Of a DNA stretch of 24,899 nt, positions 14,083-23,776 are shown in pieces. Source of the DNA: a virus (Duplodnaviria; Caudoviricetes); the IMG/VR virus record IMGVR_UViG_3300027762_000035, positions 1 through 24,899 of that record. One strand, written 5' to 3'. Below the pieces are notes generated by a model. The model did no database searches, was not told the DNA's origin, and saw only the letters and a list, made by a program, of their open reading frames with translations. Position numbers and translations under genes: made by a program. How positions within the stretch are numbered: the stretch's first letter is position 1; each line of letters starts with the position of its first letter.

Positions 14083-16007
14083 TATCCAAAAAGTTTTGCT
14101 TGGTCAGAAATCCGTTGGTTGGCTTGTTGCGCGGTGGATACTTCGGACGCAAGAACGTACGAACGAATCCCTTGCGTTTGATTGGCTTGTCCCATAAAAC
14201 CAAGGTCAATCGAAGGTGCCATTGACCCGCCGCCACCAACGCCCGCGACGGAAGGCGGCGCAAGGTCGGGCGACGGGGATTCAAATTTTTGCTTTGCGAT
14301 TGTCGCGATTTGGGCCGCACCTACGGCGGCAACGCTTGCCGTCTGAAGCAATCGAAGGATTGTCGAGGGTTGCGTTTTGTCGGTAAGCGCCGCCGTAACG
14401 CCTTCCGCCGTGTTAATTACCGCGTTGGCAATGCCGATTGCCTTGTTGATTTGGAAGTTCCTTTTGGCCCGGCGTTCGTCGCCTTTGGTGAACGCGTCGG
14501 ACAACGCCGCGATTGCTTCCAGCGTGTTAAACGCAATCGCTTTGCGCGAATCGTAAACGGCTTTGTCCGTTGCGGCTTGTTTTTCCGCGTCGTCTTGTCG
14601 CTTTTTTGCCGCCGCTTCGTCGGCCTCCGCCGCCGCATCGCGCGCCGCTTGGTCGGCTTGCGCCTTTTTTACCCTTTGTTCTTCCTCCAACCGCTCGATT
14701 TCAGCGATGCGCGCCGCCTCGATTTCCGTTGTCGACAACCCGTTGGCAATCGCAAGCGCTTCAAGCGTGTTGTACTTGTCTTCGATTGCTTTTACTTCCC
14801 TATCAATATCGGTTGCGGTACGTTCCCAAAGCGCGTCTTCAATTTGAATCAACGCGGCCGCTTGGTCGGTGGCCCGTTTCAATTCTTCTTCGTTGGCCGC
14901 CTTTTGTTTTTCTTGCTCCGCCGCCGTCGCTTCGTCCGCTTTGGCTTGTGCTTCCGCCCGCAACGCTTGTATTTTTGCCTGAAGTTCCTTCCGAAGCGAA
15001 AACGATTCTTCTTCAAGCGTAAAAATTTCGGCTTGGGCTTCGGCCGCCGCGCGCCTGTTCTCTTCTTGAATCGTTCCGGACGCCTCCGCAAGTTTGTTCT
15101 GTTCGTTTAATATCGAAAGATTTTCCCGCGCAATGCGCTTGCGTTCATTTAATAAATTTTGCTCAATTTTCGACGCTTTTTCAATCGCTCCAATTCGTTC
15201 TTCAAGCGTCCTTGTTGTATCCTCCGATATAAAAGAAAGTTCTTGTAATTCTTTTTTCGCTTTTGCGGTTGCGACAATTTGCTTTGTTTCGGCGCGCTCC
15301 AAATCCTGCAAGCGGGCCGCCAATCCCGCGGCCGCCGTTGCCGCCTTGCCCGCTTCGGCGGCGATTTGCCCAACGCCATTTGCAACCGCGATTGCAACGC
15401 CGGTAATCGGGTTCAGTTTCAACGCCGCTTCGCCGACCTTTGCGAATCCTGCCTTCGCCGATTCCGCGGCGCCTTTGAAATCGCCGCTGAAAACCTTGCC
15501 GACGGCATCGGCCAAATCGGAAACGCCCGAAAGTATGTTTTGAAATTGGTCGGTGACGTATGTTTTAATTAGCGTTGCAAATTGCGTTATCGTTTCTTTT
15601 GGCTTGGTGAAAAGGTTTACAATGCCTTCGCCCAAGGTTGAAACAACGCCCATTAAAACGCGGAACACGGCCCCAACGCCCGCCGTCGCGCGCTCCAACA
15701 TTTGCGCGCCGCGTTCGGTTTGGGTGAAATACGCAACAAGCGAACCAAGCGCCGTCACAAACAAGCCAATACCGGTTGCCGCAAGCGCAACTTTCGTCGC
15801 GTTCAATCCCGAAATCAATTGACGGATTCCGGCGCCCGATTCCACCAAGCGCGACGCAAACCCGCCCGTAACGTTGTCGAGCGCGCCAACAACCCGTTGC
15901 CCCGTCTTTCCTAAATTGTCAACCGCGCCTTCGGACGCTTCAAGCGCGGCGTCCAGTTTGGACGTATCCGCCTCGACGTCGACAACGATTTTGTTCTTTT
16001 TAGCCAT
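14082..16007 (-). CDS. Tail tape measure protein
   Basis: 641 aa, Ala-rich, long coiled coil, with hydrophobic ALAATGIGLFVTALGSLVAYF. Confidence 0.8.
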   Translation of the reverse strand: MAKKNKIVVDVEADTSKLDAALEASEGAVDNLGKTGQRVVGALDNVTGGFASRLVESGAGIRQLISGLNATKVALAATGIGLFVTALGSLVAYFTQTERGAQMLERATAGVGAVFRVLMGVVSTLGEGIVNLFTKPKETITQFATLIKTYVTDQFQNILSGVSDLADAVGKVFSGDFKGAAESAKAGFAKVGEAALKLNPITGVAIAVANGVGQIAAEAGKAATAAAGLAARLQDLERAETKQIVATAKAKKELQELSFISEDTTRTLEERIGAIEKASKIEQNLLNERKRIARENLSILNEQNKLAEASGTIQEENRRAAAEAQAEIFTLEEESFSLRKELQAKIQALRAEAQAKADEATAAEQEKQKAANEEELKRATDQAAALIQIEDALWERTATDIDREVKAIEDKYNTLEALAIANGLSTTEIEAARIAEIERLEEEQRVKKAQADQAARDAAAEADEAAAKKRQDDAEKQAATDKAVYDSRKAIAFNTLEAIAALSDAFTKGDERRAKRNFQINKAIGIANAVINTAEGVTAALTDKTQPSTILRLLQTASVAAVGAAQIATIAKQKFESPSPDLAPPSVAGVGGGGSMAPSIDLGFMGQANQTQGIRSYVLASEVSTAQQANQRISDQAKLFG

Positions 16008-16182
16008 ACAACCAAAGGATTGCGCGAATTGCCAAATACCAAATCAACACGATATATCCGTAGTACACGACGCCCGCAAGTATCCTATCAAACCGGCGCA
16101 ACCATAGCGGCCGCCGCGGTTCTTTTAAGAAATGCAACGCGTCGATGATATAACCGAAATCCTTTTGATTCTTGATTTGCAT
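16000..16182 (-). CDS. 60-aa membrane protein
   Basis: MQIKNQ...RILAGVVYYGYIVLIWYLAIRAILWLYG. ATG at 16182. Confidence 0.65.
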   Translation of the reverse strand: MQIKNQKDFGYIIDALHFLKEPRRPLWLRRFDRILAGVVYYGYIVLIWYLAIRAILWLYG

Positions 16183-16184
16183 TG

Positions 16185-18401
16185 TTAGGGTTGATAGCAA
16201 AACCCGGTTGACGAATCGTACCAAAACCCGTAGCGTTCGCAACATTCACGGCCGCCCAAAAATGTACCGGTTCCGTCGGGTTCTTCAAATTCAATCTTGC
16301 CCGTCCGTCCCGTTTCCGGCAAATTCTCACAATCGCGACCCAAGCCGCCTAATAACTTCAGCAACTTAATTGTTACAACGCCTTCCGTCGTGGCATCGAA
16401 CCCGGATATTTCAAGGATGCGGAACGCTGAACCAAACAAGCGGATTGAATCGTTCCAATTGAAGTTGCCGATATCCAATTGCGACAACCTGAATTTGGCG
16501 GTGAGAATACGCGCGTCGCTTGAATATAGGTCGATAACGTAGGCGCTCCAATACCGGTAGTATAGCGTTTCTTGTGGGTTGGCTGTAATATCAAAAAACG
16601 GCAACGCTACCCCAAACATCAACGACAAGTTTTTGACGTCAACAAGTTGCCCGTTGTACGGCGAAAACAAAGGGAAGTTTTCCGGCGAATCGGTGGCGCC
16701 ATTCTTCAACAAGAACTTCAAGTTCTGTTGGCCTGCCCAATACGCAAGATGTGGTTTCAGATTGTCAATTGACAAATCTTCGCCTTCGGTTTTCAGCAAC
16801 CGCAAAACCTTGTAAGACGTTCCGGGAATTAAACTAATTACGAACGGCGAAAACCCGCTTGTTATCGTTTCCTCACCGGTGGCGAAATCGTTGTTCGGGT
16901 CGAGAATTTGGTGACGTCCGTACGTGTAGCCCGTCGATTCCCTGAACGCTTGGTTCACGATATCGCTACCCTCCGAATGCGTCCAAGTGTACGTTCGCTT
17001 TTGCAAATCGGCCGTCGGGGTTACGGCGATATCTTGGGTCAAATCGACCTTGTTTGTCCAATCCTTTGTCGTTCCCGCGGCCAAATAATCGTTGAAGGGT
17101 TCGACGTTGATTTTGGTTGAATCGTATTTGTCGGGGACGAATACAAGGTTGAAGCATCGTTGCAACCCAAGCAAGAAATCAATGCACCGGATATCCGGCA
17201 TATTGCGCGCAACGTCGAGCAACGGCGTTGTCGGGATGTAACTATGTACGTTCCACGATGTGCCACCAATTCCAAGTAATCCGTTGGTCGCGCCCGCGTT
17301 GAATGTAACGTTTCCTCCGCCGGTGCTAATTTGAAATTGCAAAACGTAGACGTGTCCCGCCGTCGCATCGAGCGCAAAACCAAACGGCGCCGCGGTGGAC
17401 GCAATACCCCATTGATAAGACGTGTTGAAATCGAATTCGTCTACGACAAGGTTTGTATTTGTTCCCGTTGTGGTATTGCGCAAGCGAAGCGAAAGTGTAG
17501 CGCCCGCGTTGCTCAAATCGAACGAATAAAACCCGCGCATATAATAGGTGCCGGTGAACGGAACTTGCCATTGACCCGCGGCGAAATCCGCGCCCAAATC
17601 GTAGAAATTGCCGCCGTCGCTCAACTGAAGGTTTGTCCATCCAACGGGCGCCGTGAACGTTGTATTTGTTGTGAATCCCGCATAAAACGCCACCGCTTGC
17701 CCGCCGCCGTTTGTCGTCGTCAATTCCCGCTTGCCTTTGTGAAGCATCATATACAACGCGGTTGCGTTGTTCAGGAACGATGAATTGAGCGTGAACCCGT
17801 ACGTTGAAAATATCTTGTCGACAATCGTTTTAATCCTAATAAACGGCGTCATATCCCGCGGCAATAACGCCGCGTTGCCGGGGTTAGACGATGCGCCCGC
17901 GCGCCAATTGGCGCCCCTTTCAACGATGCCGTACCGGATTTGTCCGGTGAACAAGTTTGCGTTCCAAGAATCGGTTACGTTGCTATAACTCAAATCGTGA
18001 TTGAACGCCGACCAATTCAAATCGGCCAACTTCGCATCGCCGATTGTCGCCGCAAGGTTTCGAGCGCCACCGAAAAACGCAATTTCCAAATCAACGAACT
18101 TCCCGTTCTGAACGTACCACGATTTTACTTGGATATAACCGCGCATTATTTCAGCGCCTCCAATTGATAGAATTGCGTCCAACTTGCGTTTGATATCGAA
18201 CGCCATTACTTGCGACAATTCAAACGGCTGAAATACGCGTTCGTTGCGTTCCGTCAACGGGATGCGGAACGTTTGCGAATAATCGCCCGACGGGTTATTG
18301 ACCTTTTGTATATCCTGAAACGAATATGTAAGGTTGACGGGTTCGTTATCGTACAAATCCAATTGCCGCCATTGCGTGTCAAATACTTGAATCGTTAGCA
18401 T
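16185..18401 (-). CDS. Tail tip/hub-like protein
   Basis: 738 aa. LDLYDNEPVNLTYSFQDI...YSQTFRIP N-terminus, inserted beta-rich domain, Cys-rich C-terminus. Confidence 0.7.
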   Translation of the reverse strand: MLTIQVFDTQWRQLDLYDNEPVNLTYSFQDIQKVNNPSGDYSQTFRIPLTERNERVFQPFELSQVMAFDIKRKLDAILSIGGAEIMRGYIQVKSWYVQNGKFVDLEIAFFGGARNLAATIGDAKLADLNWSAFNHDLSYSNVTDSWNANLFTGQIRYGIVERGANWRAGASSNPGNAALLPRDMTPFIRIKTIVDKIFSTYGFTLNSSFLNNATALYMMLHKGKRELTTTNGGGQAVAFYAGFTTNTTFTAPVGWTNLQLSDGGNFYDLGADFAAGQWQVPFTGTYYMRGFYSFDLSNAGATLSLRLRNTTTGTNTNLVVDEFDFNTSYQWGIASTAAPFGFALDATAGHVYVLQFQISTGGGNVTFNAGATNGLLGIGGTSWNVHSYIPTTPLLDVARNMPDIRCIDFLLGLQRCFNLVFVPDKYDSTKINVEPFNDYLAAGTTKDWTNKVDLTQDIAVTPTADLQKRTYTWTHSEGSDIVNQAFRESTGYTYGRHQILDPNNDFATGEETITSGFSPFVISLIPGTSYKVLRLLKTEGEDLSIDNLKPHLAYWAGQQNLKFLLKNGATDSPENFPLFSPYNGQLVDVKNLSLMFGVALPFFDITANPQETLYYRYWSAYVIDLYSSDARILTAKFRLSQLDIGNFNWNDSIRLFGSAFRILEISGFDATTEGVVTIKLLKLLGGLGRDCENLPETGRTGKIEFEEPDGTGTFLGGRECCERYGFWYDSSTGFCYQP

Positions 18402-19636
18402 TGGATTGATTGTGCAAGTTCTACGTTAATCGACGCTTGTGTTAGTTTGCTCGATGTGCGTACTTGATACGATGCTTGGTTGTCTGTAATGTTCAGCGGA
18501 ACCCAAACCCCGTCAATCTTGCCCATTACTTGACGCGCCCGCATTAGTACGGGCAACAACTTCGCTTCGGCAACGTCGAATATCCCGTTCAGCGTGAACG
18601 CTTGTTTCGCCGTCTTTTGATACGGCAACGATTCCGCTTCGTACGTCAACCACGATTCCGGAATGTAGGCGTTGTAATCAATCAAATTGCGCTTGTACGT
18701 TTTTTCTTCCGTTCGTATTACACGGCTTGAATTATTGAAAAAACGCAAGTAATCCCAACCGCCGCGCGTGTTGCTGAACGCGACCAAAACCGAATCGTTG
18801 CGGTTGCCGTTGCAGTTCCTTGTAACGCGAATCGCTTTGCCGCGGATTGTGAGCGTCCCGGCGGTAACGGGTTGGATTGTATACGATTTCCAGTTTGTAA
18901 GCGAAACGCCGGTAATCGCTTCGACGTTGACGGGCATTAGCGCCGCGTACATCATAAACCCGTTCGTTGACGACGCGGACGGAAGTTGCGCGCCGTTGGT
19001 CGCGTTGATTGTAATTGTCGTTGTTGTGGTGACGTTGCTTGTGTTCGTTACCGCGTACAAAATTGAATCGCCCGAAAACACGTCGTCGGATATCAAACAC
19101 GCAATAACGCCTTCGTCTTCATCGGCGGCCGTCAATTCAATATAACTTCCCGTTGCTTCCCTATCCGTCAACCAAAACTTTTTTGTTGAGGCGGTTCCGT
19201 AGTAATCGGCAAACGACGGATGCAACCCGGCCGACGTTTGTTCGTACCCTGCAAACAAGTACGCCGTTGCCGTGTCCAGTACCGCCGATTCCGTCCCGGT
19301 GTATTCTCCAACCTTCACTTCGTATTTGCGAATGTTGTAAGTTGTGAGCGTGAACGGAAGCGCGGTGTAAGCGTGAATTGGCCCCAACCCGGCGCCGTAT
19401 CCGGTTTCATCGACCTTGCACCGGTTGAGAATTACGCGGCCCAAATCGAGCGTTGCCGCGTTGTCGGCGTTTACTGAAACGTAATACTTGCCAATTAGTC
19501 CGCCGTCCTCATAAACCCAAAAGATAATTCGGAACGCGGCCGTTGGCGTACCGGTATATTCCGCCGTAAACAACAAGGGTTGTCCCGAAGGTTTGAACGT
19601 ACCGGCGCCCGGTGTCAGTAAGAAATCAACGGCCAT
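18395..19636 (-). CDS. Minor tail (distal-tail-like) protein
   Basis: 413 aa, beta-rich, with an FSNTRGGWDYLRF motif. Precedes the tail-tip gene. Confidence 0.65.
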   Translation of the reverse strand: MAVDFLLTPGAGTFKPSGQPLLFTAEYTGTPTAAFRIIFWVYEDGGLIGKYYVSVNADNAATLDLGRVILNRCKVDETGYGAGLGPIHAYTALPFTLTTYNIRKYEVKVGEYTGTESAVLDTATAYLFAGYEQTSAGLHPSFADYYGTASTKKFWLTDREATGSYIELTAADEDEGVIACLISDDVFSGDSILYAVTNTSNVTTTTTITINATNGAQLPSASSTNGFMMYAALMPVNVEAITGVSLTNWKSYTIQPVTAGTLTIRGKAIRVTRNCNGNRNDSVLVAFSNTRGGWDYLRFFNNSSRVIRTEEKTYKRNLIDYNAYIPESWLTYEAESLPYQKTAKQAFTLNGIFDVAEAKLLPVLMRARQVMGKIDGVWVPLNITDNQASYQVRTSSKLTQASINVELAQSIQC

Positions 19637-20204
19637 TTTTGATTTGTGATTGTCGGCTGTTTACGCGGATGGTCAACTTTGAAACGGCATCTTCGCCGAT
19701 TGCTTGCGCAAGCGGTGCGCCGTGTTTTTGAATCGCATATTCAAACCCGTTTACGAAATAACGCAAACCCTCGATTCCTTTTCTTTTGATGCTTCGGGCG
19801 ATAAGAAAAGCCGCGCTTTGCAACCCGCGTTCCGTTTGCTTGACAAATTGCCCGTCGGCGTTCCGAAGGCGTACCGGCTTAACCCGCATCCATTTCAGAA
19901 TTGCGTCCGTAGGCGGTTGCTTCGTGCGAAACGAAAACATACTTCCGCGCGATTGATTCGTTCCGTTGACGCCCCAATGAATGAACGGCGCGTATTGTTC
20001 GGCTTTTCCAGTTGCGAACAACTGAACGCCCGTGATTTTCTTGTTCTTTGTTGTGAGCGAATACGCAAGGGATTTTTGGAGCGTCCGCGTTGCAACGCCG
20101 TAGTTCTTATTCTTGCCGATGCGCCGCGTTCCAAGTTCACGTTGCGACGCTTCGACAACCTTTGTTGCGAACGTATCCCAAGCGGCATTCAGTTCTTTGC
20201 TCAT
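19626..20204 (-). CDS. Basic tail-completion protein (HK97 gp10-like role, putative)
   Basis: ATRTLQKSL...FIHWGVNG...KQPPTDAILKWMR...FLIARSIKRKGI. ATG at 20204 in an ATGA overlap. Confidence 0.65.
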   Translation of the reverse strand: MSKELNAAWDTFATKVVEASQRELGTRRIGKNKNYGVATRTLQKSLAYSLTTKNKKITGVQLFATGKAEQYAPFIHWGVNGTNQSRGSMFSFRTKQPPTDAILKWMRVKPVRLRNADGQFVKQTERGLQSAAFLIARSIKRKGIEGLRYFVNGFEYAIQKHGAPLAQAIGEDAVSKLTIRVNSRQSQIKNGR

Positions 20205-20326
20205 AATGCAAGCGCCAATAACAAGTCGCGTATGGTAATAAACCCGTCGCGGTTTAAGTCGCACAACGGATTGTAAGGCGGTGGCATTTCACCGAAGTAT
20301 TGCAAGATGCATTCAAGTACGTTCAT
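20201..20326 (-). CDS. 41-aa microprotein with one dockerin/EF-hand-like loop
   Basis: MNVLECILQYFGEMPPPYNPLCDLNRDGFITIRDLLLALAL. ATGA overlaps at both ends. Confidence 0.7.
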   Translation of the reverse strand: MNVLECILQYFGEMPPPYNPLCDLNRDGFITIRDLLLALAL

Positions 20327-20463
20327 CGTCCTTGCGCGTTGTAGCGTTTCTTGTAATTCTTGCTTGTCTTCAGGTGCGACGTTTTCGCCTTCGCGTGAAT
20401 GCCGGGCCGGGCAATATCGCGTTCGATGCGCTTCGGTTGCGCTTGTGTTTTAGGTTTGGCCAT
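20323..20463 (-). CDS. 46-aa highly basic microprotein
   Basis: MAKPKTQAQPKRIERDIARPGIHAKAKTSHLKTSKNYKKRYNAQGR. Confidence 0.7.
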   Translation of the reverse strand: MAKPKTQAQPKRIERDIARPGIHAKAKTSHLKTSKNYKKRYNAQGR

Positions 20464-20689
20464 TGCTCAAACTATCATAGTTCCACAACCAATAATTCGC
20501 CTCCAAGTATTCACACGCTTCGTCGTTCGTCCAAGTTGGGACGTCCAAGCCAACGCCCGGTTTGTATTCAACGATTGCCCAAGCGCCATCCACCGAATAC
20601 CGGGTTGTACTTATATCGTCGTCGGCCAACAAATTGTAATCAATTGTTAGCACATCCGCGGACGGAATTACTTTGTAACGTCGTTCCAT
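20450..20689 (-). CDS. Small acidic protein next to the lectin gene
   Basis: 79 aa, TAATG-coupled. TTRYSVDGAWAIVEY...WTNDEACEYL. Confidence 0.7.
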   Translation of the reverse strand: MERRYKVIPSADVLTIDYNLLADDDISTTRYSVDGAWAIVEYKPGVGLDVPTWTNDEACEYLEANYWLWNYDSLSNGQT

Positions 20690-21441
20690 TAGTACCCGAA
20701 TCGTGCTTTTTCAGCGTTGAAGTTTTGCGTCACTTGCGCGGCCGTCAATGCGATGTTGTAGCGGCGAACAAGCCCGGCGTACATTCTTTGCAATTCGCCC
20801 GACCCGTTCCAAGTTGCAAGATAGAAATCATTGTACGCAAGCGTCGGCGCGTAATTCCCCGTTGTGTCTTGTCCCACTTGAACGCCGTTACGATATACTC
20901 GTATTCTGTCGTTTGTGCCAAGATTCTCCATCGTTACAACCATATGATGCCACGTGTTCGTTGTCCAAACCGCCGTACCGCCGTATGTAGTTGTAAACGT
21001 GTCCGTGTTGGGCGCGTAGATAATCATTGCCGAGCCGCTCCAACGCATTCGCGTTCCTTGGTTGTATGCCGCCGCCCAAATGTTTCCCGTCCCCAACCAA
21101 GCGCCGTTTGAACGAATCCAAAGTTCGGTTGTGTAGTTCAGCAATTGCGACGCAATCAACGGGTCATCGACGGGTTGCGGGCGGGTGCCAATGCCTGCAA
21201 CGTCATTTACCCCGTCGAAATAAACGGCGTTGACGCCGCCAATTGTCGTGAACGCCGCGCCGTTTCCTAACCCAAGGTTATACGTGTACGGCGTCGCATT
21301 GTACGTTTGGTGTAAGTCGTTCCAAATCGTGCTTCCGCTTCCAACGTTGGCGTCCCAATATGCCTGAAGGTTGGTTGTTACAAACGATGCCGCGGGCGCC
21401 GCGGCAACAAATGAATCCGCTATGTGGTTGAAAAAGTTCAT
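20689..21441 (-). CDS. LamG/concanavalin A-like lectin domain virion protein
   Basis: NLQAYWDA...YFDGVND...TWHHMVVT...RVYRNG...RRYNIALTAAQVTQNFNAEKARFGY. ATG at 21441. Confidence 0.85.
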   Translation of the reverse strand: MNFFNHIADSFVAAAPAASFVTTNLQAYWDANVGSGSTIWNDLHQTYNATPYTYNLGLGNGAAFTTIGGVNAVYFDGVNDVAGIGTRPQPVDDPLIASQLLNYTTELWIRSNGAWLGTGNIWAAAYNQGTRMRWSGSAMIIYAPNTDTFTTTYGGTAVWTTNTWHHMVVTMENLGTNDRIRVYRNGVQVGQDTTGNYAPTLAYNDFYLATWNGSGELQRMYAGLVRRYNIALTAAQVTQNFNAEKARFGY

Positions 21442-21442
21442 A

Positions 21443-23776
21443 TCAAATTGCTTGACGTTCACCAACGCAAACCCAAGTGTCCGTTGCAATTTTTTTGATT
21501 GCAATTACCGCGTATTGCTTCGCCGTTTTCGCCGTTTGGCTTGTCCGTAGCGTTACGCCTCCATTTCCTTGAATTGTTACGCTTCCCGTGTTTGCCTGCA
21601 TAAACGCAATTTCAGTTCCGGTTTCAAATGCAACGGATGAATTCAGCGGGATTGTAATTACAAAGTTGGTCGTTGAATCGCAAACCATAAATTCGTTTCG
21701 GTCTCCGATTGCAAGCGTGTACGTCGTCGTGGTATGTGTGACCACAAGTGAATATTGCGACGGGATTGTTGGCTTGTTCAGAATTAGCGCATCGCCCGTC
21801 GCGGCGTTCCAATCCGCGTTCACGTTCACTTCCGCGCCCGCGGCGATTCCGTCAAGTTTCGTTTTGTCGCTTGCGCTCATTGCACCGGCCGCCGACGTCG
21901 TGGCGTTGGTAATGCTAATCGCGGGCGTCGCGCCTCCGCTCGACACGATGGGCGCCGTACCGGTTACGCTTGAAACGCCCGTTGAACCCGTTGCCGCGAT
22001 TGTGATACTTTCCGCACCGGCGTTTGGCGTCAATGTGATATTAGCGCCTGCAATCAACGTCAACGTGTCCGTTTCGGAATTGGCCGAAATCGTGGTTGCG
22101 CCGACGACAAAATTTGAATACGCGTTTTGGTTTACTTCCGCGCCGGACGCGATGCCGTCCAACTTCAATTTATCGGCCGCGCTCATCGAACCCGCCGTTG
22201 ACGTTGTAGCGGCGTCAATGCTAATCGTTGGCGTTGTCCCGCCGGTTGACACAATCGGCGATGTTCCCGCCACAGACGCAACAAAAGTCGGCTTGTTCAG
22301 AATTTGAGCGTCGCCGCTAACCGCGTTCCAATCGGCATTCACGTTGACTTCTGCGCCCGCTTGAATCCCGTCCAATTTAGCGGCATCGGTTGCAAGGGTG
22401 CGCCCGTTAATCGCGGTTGCGGTGATATTCTGAACGGCAAGCGTATTCGTCGAATCCGTGTAAGTGAAATCGGTGTCGTACGTAAACCCGCCGCCTCCAT
22501 TTTGAAACCAAACGGATTTGAACCCGCCGGGCGGTGGGGATGAACCCGGCGGCGGTGGAATCGTAGTTGTGTTGATTGCGCGGTTTGTCCATTTCGACCC
22601 GTCCCACGAAAGCACATCATTCAGCGCAAGCGTAAACGGAAAACCTACGTCGGCGATTTCAGAAAGTTTGTAGTTCGGCGACCAATTGCGAACAAACAAC
22701 CGGCCCGTGTTTGCGTGTTGCCGCGTGATAACTGCAACGGGAATGCGAGGAATTGGAGCGGCCGCAACAAGCGGCGTCCATTCGCCCGCCGTTACCGACA
22801 AATACACGATTGTCCCGACGGGCGCAATGCTTGTATTAATGCCGTAAATTGTTCCGTACGGGCGAACGTGTCCCGGCGAATTGGCTTCGATTCGTTCGCT
22901 TGTTATTCCTACAATTGTACGAACGTCGAGCGCGGCGGACGCGGCCGCAAGCACAATGCAAGGTCGGTCGCCTTGGACGGCGCCGTTGAACCGGACGACC
23001 TTACCAACCGGAATTGCCGCGCCGGGATTGAACACGGGGAAATCCAATTTGGCCGTCCCGCCGTTTATCCATTTATTGCTTGCTTCATCGTACACCAACG
23101 CTTCCCTATCAAGCGGTTCTTCAATACGAACGTCAATCAAATCCGCCAATTCATCAACGCCGCCCGTATCAATTGACACGATGCCGCCGCCTTCGTTTAT
23201 CAACGTTCCGTTGGTAACGCGGATTGTGTTTACTGAAGCAACGTCAACGCTTCCGTCTTGCGTCAAGATGCGAAGCAACCCGCGCCGTTGATAGACGAAC
23301 CCGCCGCCGTCCGGCAACACGCCGTTAATTGGCGCGTCGCAAGCGCTCCTATCATACGGAATTTGAATACTCAAATCGAGCAACACGCCCGCCAACACGT
23401 TACTTCCCTCCTCCGCAAGCGGTGTAATTGACGCGTTCGTTACTTCGTAGTTTTCTTCATCGATGAACACGTTGTGTCCGTTCGCGATATCGGCAATAAT
23501 ATCTTCCGCGCATTGTTCCGCGTCGCTTACAACCTCCTTTTGCCGTTCGGTTTTGTTGTCGTAATGCGAAGGCAAATCCAAAATGTACACTTCGAAATCC
23601 AGCGTCTTCGTCGTTTCGTCGTAGGATGCACCGGTGTAGATAATATGCATCAACGGATATTGGCCGTCTTTGCTCAAATCGACGTCCTCCGGCGCTCCAA
23701 ACGAGAATTGCCGAATGAAGTAATGATTGCTTGCGAAATCCTCGAAACGCTTGATGAATGTGTTTAGTGTAATCAT
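21443..23776 (-). CDS. Tail-terminator-like domain fused to a fibre-like region
   Basis: The N-terminal ~150 aa (QFSFG..QYPLMHI..FEVYILD..AEDIIA..AGVLLDLSIQIPYDRSACDAP) is followed by Gly/Thr/Ala-rich fibre repeats and a C-terminal ITIPLNSSVAFETGTEI...DTWVCVG domain. Confidence 0.7.
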   Translation of the reverse strand: MITLNTFIKRFEDFASNHYFIRQFSFGAPEDVDLSKDGQYPLMHIIYTGASYDETTKTLDFEVYILDLPSHYDNKTERQKEVVSDAEQCAEDIIADIANGHNVFIDEENYEVTNASITPLAEEGSNVLAGVLLDLSIQIPYDRSACDAPINGVLPDGGGFVYQRRGLLRILTQDGSVDVASVNTIRVTNGTLINEGGGIVSIDTGGVDELADLIDVRIEEPLDREALVYDEASNKWINGGTAKLDFPVFNPGAAIPVGKVVRFNGAVQGDRPCIVLAAASAALDVRTIVGITSERIEANSPGHVRPYGTIYGINTSIAPVGTIVYLSVTAGEWTPLVAAAPIPRIPVAVITRQHANTGRLFVRNWSPNYKLSEIADVGFPFTLALNDVLSWDGSKWTNRAINTTTIPPPPGSSPPPGGFKSVWFQNGGGGFTYDTDFTYTDSTNTLAVQNITATAINGRTLATDAAKLDGIQAGAEVNVNADWNAVSGDAQILNKPTFVASVAGTSPIVSTGGTTPTISIDAATTSTAGSMSAADKLKLDGIASGAEVNQNAYSNFVVGATTISANSETDTLTLIAGANITLTPNAGAESITIAATGSTGVSSVTGTAPIVSSGGATPAISITNATTSAAGAMSASDKTKLDGIAAGAEVNVNADWNAATGDALILNKPTIPSQYSLVVTHTTTTYTLAIGDRNEFMVCDSTTNFVITIPLNSSVAFETGTEIAFMQANTGSVTIQGNGGVTLRTSQTAKTAKQYAVIAIKKIATDTWVCVGERQAI
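21767..22378 (-). repeat. Internal duplicated fibre modules
   Basis: KLDGIxxGAEVN x3; VNADWNAxxGDAxILNKPT x2; VxSVxGTxPIVSxGGxTPxISIxxATTSxAGxMSAxDK x2. Confidence 0.85.

Noticed and set aside
21767-22378. Duplicated segments as a DGR template/variable repeat pair
   Set aside because: There is no reverse transcriptase, both copies are in frame within one protein, and the differences are not adenine-specific.
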